Assembly (NCBI RefSeq): GCF_001194135.2
Contig: NC_068996.1
Coordinates: 36,775,538-36,839,537 of the forward strand
From: Octopus bimaculoides
Taxonomy: Eukaryota
Reading direction: 5' to 3'
DNA length: 64,000 nt
In this document: positions 1-12,830 of the stretch, piece after piece
How positions within the stretch are numbered: the stretch's first letter is position 1
Layout: each line of letters begins with the position of its first letter
Position numbers and translations under genes: made by a program
The notes under the pieces: generated by a model
Database searches by the model: none
What the model was told of the DNA's origin: nothing
What the model saw: only the letters and a program-made list of their open reading frames with translations

Positions 1-53
<53 letters not shown>

Positions 54-268
54 CATACATTTATATATATATATATACACACATTTATACATATATACAT
101 TTACATATATACATTTATATATATATACACACACACACACACGTGTGTATAAGTGTATAATGAAAGTAATGCTATTCAATATACATGATAAGTTGTAACA
201 GTACAAAATCTCAAACCTTTGAATTCCTAAAATATTTCAATTTCTTTGGGGTTTTTTTTTTGCAATTA

Positions 269-306
<38 letters not shown>

Positions 307-397
307 AAACATTTAAAATATTTAAAACAACTCAACATTTCTCTTTGTAAATAACTAAATCCTTACAAATTCTTCAATAAAAATACAAATGACATAC

Positions 398-672
398 TTT
401 GATCCATTGAGAAAGGATTTGTTAATGGGCTCCTTTGCGCAGGGCGGATCAACATCCTTGCTGGGCAAGTTGTGGCCATTTGAAGGAGAATCCAAATGAT
501 GAGGTGTCTTTCTCAGCGAAATCCCTCGACGTTCGGCAGCATTCCTTACAATTTGTGACCATTTCTTCTTCGGTTTAAGACAGTTGCTAAAGCTTTCCAT
601 CTTACTTGACATCCTTTTAGGCTCCATCCGTTGTATAAAAGCATACCAACGAAAACGTCTCTGATCCACCAT
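398..672 (-). CDS. Probable first coding exon of an unidentified minus-strand gene that continues off the left edge (MVDQRRFRWYAFIQRMEPKRMSSKMESFSNCLKPKKKWSQIVRNAAERRGISLRK...KSFLNGS)
   Basis: 91 open codons in non-repetitive, GC-elevated sequence. Acceptor ttattgtcctctgtag| at 706 is followed by an in-frame stop and then ATG at 672, so the exon 398-705 would include 33 nt of 5'UTR. Donor AA|GTATGT at 397. No family recognised. Confidence 0.6.
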
Positions 673-2613
673 GCTTACCGTATCATTGTTTAGACTAGTT
701 TACAGCTACAGAGGACAATAAGGTGCCACTGCTGCTGCTGATACTATGTTTTTTGCTTTCTTTTTTGTTTTTTGTTTTTTATTGTCAGGTGCCAAATAAG
801 CCTAAGCTAATCTGCTATAAAATTCATTATCCCAGTTCACCTTGGACCAGCCATCCAAACAATCTAATCAATAACAAAGTATTTTGTAGTTGGCTCAGCT
901 AAATGGATCTTGATCATAAGATTTAAACATTTGTCATGAGTGTGTGTGTGTGGTGTATGTGTGTGTGTGGTGTATGTGTGTGGTGTGTNNNNNNNNNNNN
1001 NNNNNNNNNNNNNNNNNNNNNNNNNNNNNNNNNNNNNNNNNNNNNNNNNNNNNNNNNNNNNNNNNNNNNNNNNNNNNNNNNNNNNNNNNNNNNNNTCCGA
1101 TCTGATATGTGCGTGTGTGGGCGTGTGTGTGTATGTATGCATGAGATAGTTATATATGTGTGTGTGTGTATGGTATGTGTGGTGTGGTGTGTGTGTTGGA
1201 GGGAGGGATGTAATTGTTTTCGAATGCTCAAGAAAATAATATTCAGATTCAGCATAAAAATTAATTGAAGCACTTGTTTTTCAAACAAGCAAGTAATAAA
1301 TAAATATATAAATAAATAAATAAACAAATAAAAAAGAGAAAAATACAAAAGGACTGAAATGATAAATTTGGTAAATTTATCACAGCATGTCAAGTTATAG
1401 ACAGGTCTTACTAAGAAGAAAAGTAGCAATTTCGCTATCCAAAGCATTAAATTACAGAAACCAGTGATAATCTTTGTGTGTATTTTTATTATATCAGCTG
1501 TTGGAAACATTCAGACAGGTTCTCCAATCTTAGGATAATTTACTCCCACCAGTCTCAGAGACCCTGAAAAGGTGCCAGAGGTGGCTACCATTTCTCTTCT
1601 AATCAACATCATCATTATTCTTAAACGTCTATTTTCCATGTTGACATGGCTTAGAGGGTTTGACCAGAGCTGGCAAGTTGGAGAGCTGCACCAGACTCTA
1701 GTTTGATTTAGTATGGTTTCTACAGTTGGTTGCCCTTCCAAATGCCAACCACTTTATAGAATGGATTGGGTGCTTTTAACATGGCACCATTATTAACAAA
1801 AAAATAAAATAAAATAAAAATAATAATAATAATAAATAAAGGGATAGTAACAGCTGGAATGTTTGATCATAGGTCTCTTTAATCAGAATTAATCTGGGGC
1901 CAAACAACAACTGTAGTATCAAGAATTGGAACAGAAACCTTGATAATTTACAATATATATCTGCTTGCTGAGAATAAAGCCATATAATTGCAGTGATTCC
2001 TTAATGCAAACCAGTCATTCAAAAATGAATTCAACATAATTTATTCTTTTGTTTCCTACCATTAATATTTGAGTAGAGAAATAAGAGGACTATTAAATTA
2101 CTAATTAGTTACAATGGAAATTATTCAGAGAAATAGTCAACATAACAATCAGACAGAATGAAAGCTATAAATATAATGAAATATTTGTCTACGGTTGGTC
2201 TTCACTTGTTAAGATATACTCTACTTTGTGTTCTTATTTGAGGCAAGTCCTAAGAACAAAATCAGAGAAAATTATCTTGTAATCATTTTTGTTATAAATA
2301 GCTTATTTGCAATTTGAAAAACATCATCCATGCCAACAGCAATTCATCTATAGCAAGAGTATTAATTATAGAGTTTGTTATTTCTAATTTAGCAAATCAT
2401 AGATTTCTCAGACAAAGCTAATGTTGCTTTATTTTGTAATACACATACACACACATGTACAAATATGAAAATGTGCACACATGCATAAATATGTACACAC
2501 ACAATAATTTCTAAAGCGTTAGTTTAAATGAGTTTTATTGTTTGTATTTTAGGATAGTCATTCTACGAATAAAACACACACACAAGTTATATTTCAGTTC
2601 AGTTTATTGACAA

Positions 2614-3614
2614 CTAGCAGAAATATCCAGCGTTGCTTGGATTAAAGAAAATAATGAAATTTGAAAATGCCTTTTAGATCTCTAACATGACACATGGATT
2701 ATGCAGTTCTCAACAGTAATTAGCTGAGGTACAAACTATTAATGTCAATAACATATTTTGTCCAATGTTCTCACTGTTAAAATTGTTTAAAAAAAACAGG
2801 TAGTTCTTTGTCTTTGCAATCACCTTCAATTGTCAGTACTTATTTGAAACACAGTGAACCTGAAAATGCATAAACTNNNNNNNNNNNNNNNNNNNNNNNN
2901 NNNNNNNNNNNNNNNNNNNNNNNNNNNNNNNNNNNNNNNNNNNNNNNNNNNNNNNNNNNNNNNNNNNNNNNNNNNNNNNNNNNNNNNNNNNNNNNNNNNN
3001 NNNNNNNNNNNNNNNNNNNNNNNNNNNNNNNNNNNNNNNNNNNNNNNNNNNNNNNNNNNNNNNNNNNNNNNNNNNNNNNNNNNNNNNNNNNNNNNNNNNN
3101 NNNNNNNNNNNNNNNNNNNNNNNNNNNNNNNNNNNNNNNNNNNNNNNNNNNNNNNNNNNNNNNNNNNNNNNNNNNNNNNNNNNNNNNNNNNNNNNNNNNN
3201 NNNNNNNNNNNNNNNNNNNNNNNNNNNNNNNNNNNNNNNNNNNNNNNTAATGCACAAAAAATTGAAATTATTTTTTTTCTGTGCCTCTGATTAAAATTTT
3301 CGAAAAACAAACACAGCTACATTACTTGGAAAAAAATAATCTTTATTGTGCTGGTTTTTTGTAAAATTTCGCGCATGAGAAAGGCAACAAAATCGCCCTC
3401 CCCACTTTGAATGGGATATTCCTATCTTAAAAAGTAATAATCGATTATCTTGGTAACCATGGGAGTTGGAGGGCAATAAAAATCTCCTGAACATGAGCGG
3501 ACCATGCTGCCGCTCTGTGCTGAATTTCACGCGATTCCACTGCACCGTTCTCGAGTGAATCTGCCGACACTCAATCAATCAATCAATCAAGAACACTGCA
3601 ATTTATAGTATAGA
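2614..3614 (-). mobile_element. Non-autonomous Helitron
   Basis: Minus strand begins A|TCTATACTATAAAT and ends with a degenerate GC hairpin (ccaagcaacgctgg) then CTAG|T. AT target site, internal (TCAA)n and an N-gap. Confidence 0.7.
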
Positions 3615-3789
3615 TTAATTAGTTAATTAACTCTGTGTTAGTAAAGTCCTTTTGTCCCATCTTTTGACCTTATTAATGGTGATGTGTCTAGTGCACTTCA
3701 CAACAATTTGTACTCACCTCATATGTTTCAAGTTTATTTTGATGTGATTTCACAGCAAGAATTTTAGAAAACAAACACAAAAACAGTAA

Positions 3790-4245
3790 TCTTATTGGTT
3801 TGGTCATGTGATACGGATGGATGCTGACAACTCAATAAAGAAGTGCAGTCTCTCAAAGTGGATGGAACATATGGAAGAGGGAGACCTAGGAAGACATGGG
3901 ATGAAGTACCAAGATACATGGTTACTTACTGTATTCAAGAAGACCTGTTCTACACAGCAGAAGTGTTTTTACGGATGTATCCCTGGATGAGGATTGGCCT
4001 AGACGAGTCCTGTGCCAGTGCCACATAAAAAGCACATGTGCTGATGTTGTGTAAGAGAGCTCACGCAATGTCACATTAAAAGCACCCAGCATACACTGTA
4101 AAGTGGTTGGCATTAGGAAGGGCATCCAGCCATAGAAACCAAACCAAATCAGACAGGAACTTGGTGCAGCTCTCCAGCTTGCCAGCTCCAGTCAAACCCA
4201 TGCCAGCACGGAAAACAGACGTGAAAGGATGGTGATGATGATTAT
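3790..4245 (+). mobile_element. RTE 3' end (coding tail plus 3'UTR ending in GAT repeats)
   Basis: FGHVIRMDADNSIKKC..VDGTYGRGRPRKTWDEV, then the ggttggcattaggaagggcatccagc...catgccagc...gatgatgat tail. Confidence 0.75.
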
Positions 4246-5504
4246 TATTTAGGATTTATATATGATAATTAATGAACACCTATCTGAAAACTTTTTTTTT
4301 TTTTTAAATAATAAAACTGAGTTAATTTTGTATATCAGATACTTGTACTTTATTCATATCCACAGAAAAAAAAAGAAAAAAAAGTATGGAGCTTTATGTC
4401 TTAATAATAGTAGAAATAATAAAAAATAATTCACAACTTAAACATTCTCCATTTCAACCTCATCAAAACAATAAAAACAGTTTTAAAAATATTTCTTTTC
4501 TATCATTGTCCATATTCCAGACTGGTATGGGTTTCTATAATGATATTTTTTCATATATATATATATATATATACGTACACACACACACACATTACACAGA
4601 CAGGGTTATAATCTAAATTGTGCCCTCTTCAAGCACAGCTACTTATTCCAGTACTACAATCCAGTATGTAGTAGTTATTTTTGTGTGAGGTATGTATAAG
4701 AAAAATATTTTATGCAGAGTAACTACATCAAAACAGAAGATTGGAAGAAAATGTTTAATATTATTTATGCACCATTATACATGTTTCCTTCGCTAATAAG
4801 AGTTGCAAAATTGTACATGTAGAAAAAGAATGTAAAGATGTCTCCTATTAGAAATTCTTCAGACAGAAGAATTTACGCACACACATCTCATTTTCTATTA
4901 TATGAAGGATGTACTCTTTAGTCTATGTTAAAGTGGCTACCATCAGTTACTAAGACAGGTTAGTTCCTCAAACCCAGATGGAAGTAGTTTTTCAATTGAT
5001 TCACATTTTGATTCAAACTATCATTTATTACATTCAAGTTTTCATGAGCACTCTCATAAATTTCTCAATATTGCAACCTGCTAACCTCAAACCTACTTCT
5101 TGACTCCACTACTAGTATTATATTTTTCCTGCACAATAAACTAACTCTATTGACAATTTGTATTTCGTACAGCAACCTCAGTTTTGTACTCTCTTTGCTG
5201 ATAATGTATATTGTGATCTGAAGTTATTAGGATAATATCTGCCCCAATAACACTTATTCCTCCATTAGTTAAGTGAACTGTGCAATGTGGGTTAAGAGTC
5301 ACACACCAACGCATTTTGACATTTTATTCATATTATTTTGTTCATGTACAAGTACGTTATTTTATTTTATTCAATTTTAGAAAAATTAGCATGTCTTTGA
5401 CAAGTCTGGAGCATATTGAACTTATTTTGTGCATGACTTTTGGTCCACCCTCCTCCTCCTCCTCATCATCATTTAGCATCTGCTTTCCATGACTATGATT
5501 TCAC

Positions 5505-5760
5505 TCGGCTTGAGTCTTCTCAAGCACAGCATATTGCCAAAGATCTCGATCACTTGTTGCCTCCATGAAGCCCAACATTTGAAGATCATGCTTCATCACC
5601 TTGTCTCATGTCTTCCTGGATCTACCTCTTCCACAGGTTCCTTCCACAGTTAGAGATCAGCATATATTAAAATGTGTGCATTTTTCTCCACACTTTTTCA
5701 AATGGCCACTTTATCAAGCATAGGAGAGTAACCCAGTAAAAGACTTTCACATTAACCATT
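5505..5760 (-). mobile_element. RTE C-terminal fragment
   Basis: LTVEGTCGRGRSRKT..VMKHDLQMLG..DRDLWQYAVLEKT on the minus strand. Confidence 0.7.
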
Positions 5761-6019
5761 AAGTCTAATTGTTGGCATCTTGAGTGGATAAAAATTATTT
5801 TTGTGATTATAAAGTCTACAGACACGGTACTGTCAACCTTGTTGATATTAACTCCCACCCGAGACCACCCTTGTCTCTATGATATGCACTACCCGTTTCA
5901 AAGTAACCCAAATTAAGCCTTGCATCAAAATTTCATGTTAATTTAAGTTTAAAACACCAACTTAATAATGACAAAGTTACTTTAACTCCTTCATTATTTC
6001 AAAATTAATTGAGGTAAGG

Positions 6020-6975
6020 AAGCCGATGCCAGTGGCATGTAAAAAGCACCTTTTGAGTGTTGGGCCTCATGGAGACAATGACGAATGACCGAGATCTTTG
6101 GCATCATGCTGTGCTTGAGAAGAAGACCTACCGAGCCAAGTAAAATCAAAGTCGTGACAGATACAGGTGTCATACAAATGATACCTATGCTGGTAGCACA
6201 CAAAAGCACCCATTACACTCTTGGAGTGGTTGGCATTAAGAAGTGCATTCGGCCATAGAAACCATGCCAAATCAGACTGGAGTCTGGTGCAGCCTTCCAG
6301 CTTCCCAGCTCCTGTCAGACCATCCAACCTATGCCAGCATGGACAACAGGCATTACATGATGATAATGATGAAACAAAGGCAATGTACTTCAATAAAATA
6401 TGGTAATGAAAGAATTAAACCAAACACAAACAAAATTGGGCAACAAAGGTGCAAGAGCTATCTTTTGTCACACTAATGAAACTAGTAAAAAGAATAGAAA
6501 ACAAGGATCCTTTGTGTTGTTTGATTCAAGATAGTCAGTCTTTGATCATAGATGACTTTTCCTTGAAGTGTTGTCATTGTTTTTAAATGACCATTTTTAT
6601 CAAAAATATAAATAAAAAAAACCTTAGCCAAGTGAAATCATGGTCATGGCCAGTTCTGGTGACGTATGAAAAGCATCTGTGCCAGTGACATGTAAAAGGC
6701 TCCTGTGCTGGCTCCATGCCGCTGACATGCAAATGCACCTGTGCCGCTAACATGTAAAAAGCACCTGTGCTGCTGACATGTAAAAGGCACCCATGCTAGT
6801 GACATGTAAAAGAGACCCAGTACACTGTGTGGAGTGGTTGGTATTAGGAAGGGCATCCAGCCATAGAAACCAAGCCAAACCAGACAATTGGAGTCTGGTG
6901 CAGCTCTCCAGTTTATCACCTCCAGTCAAACTGCCTAACCCATGCCAGCATGGAAAACAGACATATGATGATATG
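6020..6975 (+). mobile_element. Two RTE-3'-type repeats (6020-6370 and 6640-6975), the second with an internal array of about 26 bp
   Basis: Shared gagtggttgg(c/t)attaggaagggcatccagcc core. Further copies near 1608-1790(-), 26630-26830(-), 28400-28650(+), 37378-37530(-), 41705-41840(-), 51640-51800(+), 53370-53575(+), 55085-55210(-) and 62035-62370(-). Confidence 0.8.
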
Positions 6976-7954
6976 TAGAATCTAACAAAAGACTTTCATG
7001 ATAGTAACTAACTTAGAAGTATTAATGCTTTCTGCTCTTACTTGTCAAATGACTTTCATGATAGACTTGGCTGACAGCTGGATCCATCCCTCATGTAATA
7101 ACAACTGCTCAATACAAACCCATAAATCAGTAATACACAGACACTGAATGAATGCATGTCAGGCGATTACATCACCCCAGTACACATCTCAAACCAGGTT
7201 TGATTTCTGGCAGCTCAGGCCTGCATTGTTTATACCAAAATATCCTGCAAAATTTATCCCATTACCAGATGAAGAACTTTTGGAAGTTGTCCATAATGCT
7301 CAGCCTGAAAGTCGTCCAGAAGAGACTACCCACACTGATCTCATCAAAACTTAGAACTGGTCTAAGGCCAACATCACTCATATACTCCACTAAAGTTCTA
7401 CTGAATGTGAGAGTTGACTTTCCACTGACCTCATGACCCAGCTGATAGAGTGCAGCAAGTATCTGGCAATGTTCCAGATGAATGATAATAATAAAAATAA
7501 TGATAATGCTTTCAAACTTTGGCACATGCACAGCAATTTCAAGGAAGGGGTAAATCAATTACATTGACCCCAGTATTCAAATGGAACTTATTTTATCAAC
7601 CTCCCGAAAAGGGATGAAAGGTAAAGTTGACATGAGTTGAACTCAGAATGTAATGACAAACAAAATGCCACAAAGCATTTTGCCCAGCATGCTAATGATT
7701 CTGCCAGCTCACCACCTTGTTAATAATAATAATAATAACAACCCTTCCTACTAAAGACATAAGGCCTGAAATATTGTGGGAGGGGCTAGTAGATTATATC
7801 GACCCCAATGCATAACTGATACTTATTTCATCGACCCTGAAAGGATGAAAGGTGAAGTCAACCTCAGCAGAATTTGAACCCAGAATATAAAGATGGGTGA
7901 AAAACTGTTAAGCATTTCACTTGGCGTACTAATGACTCTGCCAGCTAGCCACCT

Positions 7955-8500
7955 TCATCATCATCATCATCATCATTTAACGTCCGCTTTCCATGCTAGC
8001 ATGGGTTGGACGATTTGACTGAGGACTGGTGAAACCGGATGGCAACACCAGGCTCCAATCTGATTTGGCAGAGTTTCTACAGCTGGATGCCCTTCCTAAC
8101 GCCAACCACTCAGAGAGTGTAGTGGGTGCTTTTACGTGTCACCCACAGGAAGGCCAGTCAGGTGGTACTGGCAACGGCCACGCTCAAACTGGTGTATTTT
8201 ATGTGTCACCCGCACAAGAGCCAGTCCAGGGGTACTGGCAACGATCTCGCTCGAAAATCCTACGAAGGCCAGTCAGGCAGTACTGGCAACGGCCACGCTC
8301 AAACTGGTGTATTTTATGTGCCACCCACACAAGAGCCAGTCCAGGGGCACTGGCAACAATCTCGCTCGAAAATCCTACGAAGGCCAGTCAGGCGGTACTG
8401 GCAACGGCCACGCTCAAAATGCTGCATTTTATGTGCCACCTGCACAAGAGCCAGTCCAGGGGCACTGGCAACGATCTCGCTCGAAAATCCTACGAAAGCC
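7955..8500 (-). mobile_element. Young RTE-3'-type repeat containing three 115-bp tandem units (8149-8493)
   Basis: Retains CpGs. Unit starts gaaggcc/gaaagcc fall at 8149, 8264, 8379 and 8494. Confidence 0.85.
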
Positions 8501-8768
8501 CCTTATTTATAATAATAATAATAATAATAATTATAATGATAATGTAACCTATAAAAAAGCAGCAACTGGGATGTTTTTCTACCATCACTATAGGTTGACC
8601 AATAACTTTTAAATGAAATTTTATAAACCCCTTGAGAGATAAAAGGAAAAGTTGACATAAGGATTTGAACTTAGAATGTAATGAGGTGCAAGAAATACCA
8701 CAAAGATTTTTTCTTTTCTTTTTCACCAATGCTAACAAAACAACCAATCTATTACGATAACACCTCAA

Positions 8769-8822
<54 letters not shown>

Positions 8823-9156
8823 ACATACACACATTACTGAAACTAAATAGTTAAACAGTTGATTTGATTGATCTGGTAGTTCTATCTCTCTCTCTCTCTC
8901 TCTCTCTCTCAATATATATATATATATATATATATTGAGAGAGGCTAATAGTAAGGGATTATCAATCTGGGCAAAATACTTCATGAGTTCTCTGTTGGCA
9001 TACCAGGCTAACAATATTACTTAGATTAGTGAAGAACTCCAAGTATTCTTATGGCAGGGTCATCACAATTCTATATTGTAAATACATGGTTGGACTCCAG
9101 ACAAACTGGTCTTCAAACAGGGTAATATGTAAGACAAGCTATAAATAACAGATAAT

Positions 9157-9464
9157 ACATATTTTTCGTTTATTAGAGTAAATTTGGCTTACAGTTATTT
9201 CCAGTAGTCATTATAGGTGTGTTACTGACAGATTCACTCAATTGGTCTATTGATCAGTTTAGAAATTTTGAACGGCCTAAAAAATTAATGCCACTTTTGT
9301 CAGAAAGCAGAAATGTCTCTGACGAAAGTAGCATTAGCTTTTAGGTTGTTCGGTTTTTCTCAACTCATCAATAGACCAACTGAGTAAGCTTATCAGTAAT
9401 GTACCTATAATAACTACTGGAAACAGCTGTAAGCCAAATTTGCTCCAAGAAAGGAAAACTATGT
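9157..9464. mobile_element. Fold-back element (about 145-bp imperfect arms, 13-nt loop) with long-stem-II hammerhead-like motifs
   Basis: Arms 9157-9304 and 9318-9464 are reverse complements (roughly 80% by eye). The plus arm has CTGACGA (9319) agtag...ctact GAAAC AGCT GTA (9420-9431). Confidence 0.7.
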
Positions 9465-10365
9465 AATGACTTAGTTATACCTTATCTCATATATATATTC
9501 TTTTATTTGTTTCAGTTATTTGACTGCGGCCATGCTGGAGCACTGCATTTAGTTGAACAAATTGACCCCAGGGCTTATTCTTTGTAAGCCTGCCAAGTAA
9601 TGCTGAAAGGTGATTTGGCAGAGCTGTTAGAGCATTGGATAAATTGTCTTACAGTTGTCATTTTGTCCTCTGCAGTCAGAAGTTCAAATCCAGCTGCATT
9701 CAATTTGGCTTTTCACCTTTTTGGAACTGATAAATAAAGTAAGAAATGATATCCACCCCCTACACACACACACACATACACAAAGAAATCAGCTGTGGAT
9801 AGATTCTGAGAGGGATGTGGTCAAACAGATTTATATGTCCAAGACATGCTGTATGTCACAAGCAATTTTATTTTAAGGGGTGTAGTCCTGGTATTTATGA
9901 AGTTGAGGGGCTACTTTTTCAGTGTAGTATCCAGGCTCAGCAGCATGTACATAATAGTGTGTGTGTGTGTGTGTGTGCGCGCGCTCATGTGCGTACATAT
10001 TTGTGTGTGGTGTGTGTGTGTGTGCGTAAAAACTAAGAAGTATTTTATTTCCAGTTTGGGTTACTTTATTTTTCTATTTTTTAATATACTGCAATGTTTC
10101 GATAAAATAGAATATTATTTACTCTATTTTAAAAACAATGAGTCATGTACTCGATTTTCTTTTTTTTTTTTTTTCTAAATTTACGGACATAGAAATAAGA
10201 CTTAAGAAAACACGAGCTAAAAGAGTTGGAAAGTAAAAGGTCAAGGGACACAACTATTTCACAATAACTTATAAGAGTTATCTCCTTTGACACTGCCTCT
10301 TCGAGTGTTTGGTTATCCAGTCATTCATAAAAATGTATATTTTATTTTGTTTCTAATACACTTAC

Positions 10366-10700
10366 TCTTCCGAGCTTCAGTCAATATAATACACTGCAGC
10401 TGTTGTTTACTACAGATATTAACGTTCATAAACTACGTTCTACAACGTAGGTACTAACGTATTTCAACATGCCGAGTGGTTATCAGCCGCATTAATTTTA
10501 AAAGCCTCCCTCACTCTCTGTACTAATTCAACCGTTAAATTCCAGAAAGTTTATCTCGGTGGAAAAAGTGTATGTGTGTGTGTGAATACATAAAATGATT
10601 ACGTGAAATAATGTCGACGAGATGTGATGACGGAAAGTGACCGTGGAGGACCCATTTCTCTCCCGAGCGTCAACTACAGCCAGAAGTGTCAGGAATAAGA
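10366..10700 (-). promoter_or_regulatory. CpG-enriched promoter-like region with candidate non-coding first exon
   Basis: Local CpG excess in CpG-poor DNA, no recognisable repeat, and a consensus donor GAAGA|GTAAGT at 10365 on the minus strand, which could splice to the acceptor at 706. Confidence 0.4.
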
Positions 10701-10859
10701 ATTATATATAGTGAAATGTTTAAACTGGCAACCAAAGATTCAAGAATTGTCACTATCATATATATATATAGGAGTGTGTATGTGTTGCGCGCACGCACAC
10801 ACACACACATTGGAAAAGAGAGTAATTGCAACTTGAGTATTTAGCTCTTGAACCCTATC

Positions 10860-11140
10860 AAAAACGAAGCAGCTTCATGAAACATCAAGAATCACATTGA
10901 ACCCTGTGAAAATCTTCTGACAATGGCGATTAAAAGAAAGCTAAGAAGGATAATATGGCCATGTACGAAGATCCAGTAGCCTTGCAAAGACCAGTCATCT
11001 CAGAACAGTAGAGTGGGGTGGTGGGGAATTGAATGGACAGGCGAAAATCATTAGCAGAAACGTGAGTTCTGGCATGCAATGAAAACAGATGAAGAGGAAA
11101 GGTGTACAATACACCATGGAGGTATCTCTACAATACCAGT
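10860..11140 (+). mobile_element. RTE LINE C-terminal relic
   Basis: YGHVRRSSSLAKT and WTG..SLAET motifs across frameshifts. Confidence 0.55.
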
Positions 11141-12139
11141 ATTGAAGGTTCAAGCAATATCTATACATATACACACACACTTAGCCATGTTGCCAATGAA
11201 CGCACTGTATGCAAATTAGATATGAAAGCTAAAACCTGTCTGCTATAAGTTTTCTTAGTGTGAAGAATGATGAGGGGTACTTGTACTTTGATGAAAGGCC
11301 AAAGTAAAACATTCCAGGGCAATCTCCTTAATTCTTTTATGTACAAACAAGATATAATAACATCTGTTTAAAAGTTCCACAGCAAAAGGCTTATGCCTGT
11401 AACTCATTCTGCCCAGTCAAGCATTTCCTACATTTTATTCTCCAAACACAGCCCTCTGTCCATGCACTACTTGGCTGCTGTAATCACTTGAGGGTAGTCT
11501 AGCCACGTCAACCCCAGAACCACTTCCACCTCTTATCCCCATTATCCTCCCTTCCTCACTCATACTATTTTCACTGATCACTTCTTTTCCATCTTCAGTT
11601 ACCTCTTTCCTTGGCCATCCTCCATTTTAACACTTCACACATTTACTATCTTTCTCATGCTCCACTCACTATAATCATCCTCATGTACCCTATATATCCC
11701 TCCTTTCTCTCCATACTGATATTACCCATCAACTGCACCTCTACCCCTGTTTATCACTCATTACATTCACCTCTACCCTCATCTCTGACCAATCAATTAT
11801 TATGCTAGGGACCACGCAGCCTTATAGACATCCAGTTTCATCTTTGATTCTTATCATACACATCATTTAATTATCATGTCACTGCTTAATATTGAAACAA
11901 CGCTTAATACAGGCAGGAGAATCTGGCAAAAGAAAAAAAGGTTTTTTCCCTTTATGTTTGTAAGGTTCCATAGTTGTCGATAGTTTCTGTTTCCAAGGTA
12001 ACCAAGTAAACTGTGGAGAAGATAGATTCTCCGAGGCCATAGTATCCAGAATAAGAACAGGGGTGGGAAGAGTTCTGTGAGCTATATTATCTCTGGCTGG
12101 CAACACTAAGGTTCTCACTTCAAGCAAAGGGTAAATTTT

Positions 12140-12830
12140 ATGTTACTTGCAAATGAAGTGCAATACTACAGGGTAGTGAGACAGTGGACACAGAATACAG
12201 AAGATACGCAAAAGCTGAAGAGAAATGACAAAAGCATGCTCTACTAGTTGTGTAGCATTTTGTATGAGGACTGAGATGCCTGGTGCCTTGCTGTACTCAA
12301 GAAGACACATACACTGCAGCAGAAGTGTTAAGACTGGTCCCTTTGATGGTATAAAGCACTTGTTATGGTGCTACATAAAAGCACCCATGCGATGCCACAG
12401 AAAAGCACCCACACGGTGCTGTGTAAAATCACCTAGCCCACTGTAAAGTGTTTGGCATTAGGAAGGGCATCAAGCTGTAGAAACCATGGCAAATCGGACT
12501 GGAGTCTGATACAGCTCCCCATCTTGTCAGCTCTAGTCAAACTGTCAAACCCATGGCATCATGGACAATGGACATTAAATGATGATGAGTGACATAGTAC
12601 CAATAAACTGAGAGAAAATTTGGATACAAGAAAAATCAGCTGTAGTGTGCAAAATATGTAATGAGGACATAATGCTTTTGGTTAATAACATTTGCAGAGA
12701 AGTGCCAGGAGATTCAAGAGAAAGAAAATTGTGGCAGAGGAATACTAAAGAAAACAGGAACAGATGTGATGAAAGCTAATCTCAAAATTTGGAAACTATC
12801 TCAAAGAAGATGACAAAACAAAGACCTGTC
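12140..12830 (+). mobile_element. RTE LINE relic interrupted by an RTE-3'-type repeat (12340-12590)
   Basis: GSET..NTEDTQKLKRNDKSML motif, with RTE C-terminal-like sequence resuming after 12600. Confidence 0.5.

Noticed and set aside
864-3310. Long ORFs spanning N-runs or HTHT/VCVC tracts (also at 17.1, 20.0, 34.8, 45.4 and 46.1 kb, and the N-filled parts of the 56.7-kb ORFs)
   Set aside because: They are open only because of gaps or dinucleotide repeats.
3326-3570. CpG-rich patch with a minus-strand GTAATG donor as a first exon or promoter
   Set aside because: It lies inside a Helitron with intact TC...CTAG ends, so the CpGs reflect a young repeat.
6650-6815. CRISPR-like array
   Set aside because: Eukaryotic context, no unique spacers, and it is internal to a retroposon.
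6991-7064. 14-bp direct repeat gactttcatgatag enclosing 46 bp
   Set aside because: The insert has no recognisable identity; probably a local duplication.
7148-7480. ORFs of 68-98 aa on both strands
   Set aside because: Interrupted by stops, no splice signals and no recognisable motif; probably a decayed element.
8029-8612. ORFs of 128-172 aa as genes
   Set aside because: They are products of the 115-bp tandem repeat inside a retroposon.
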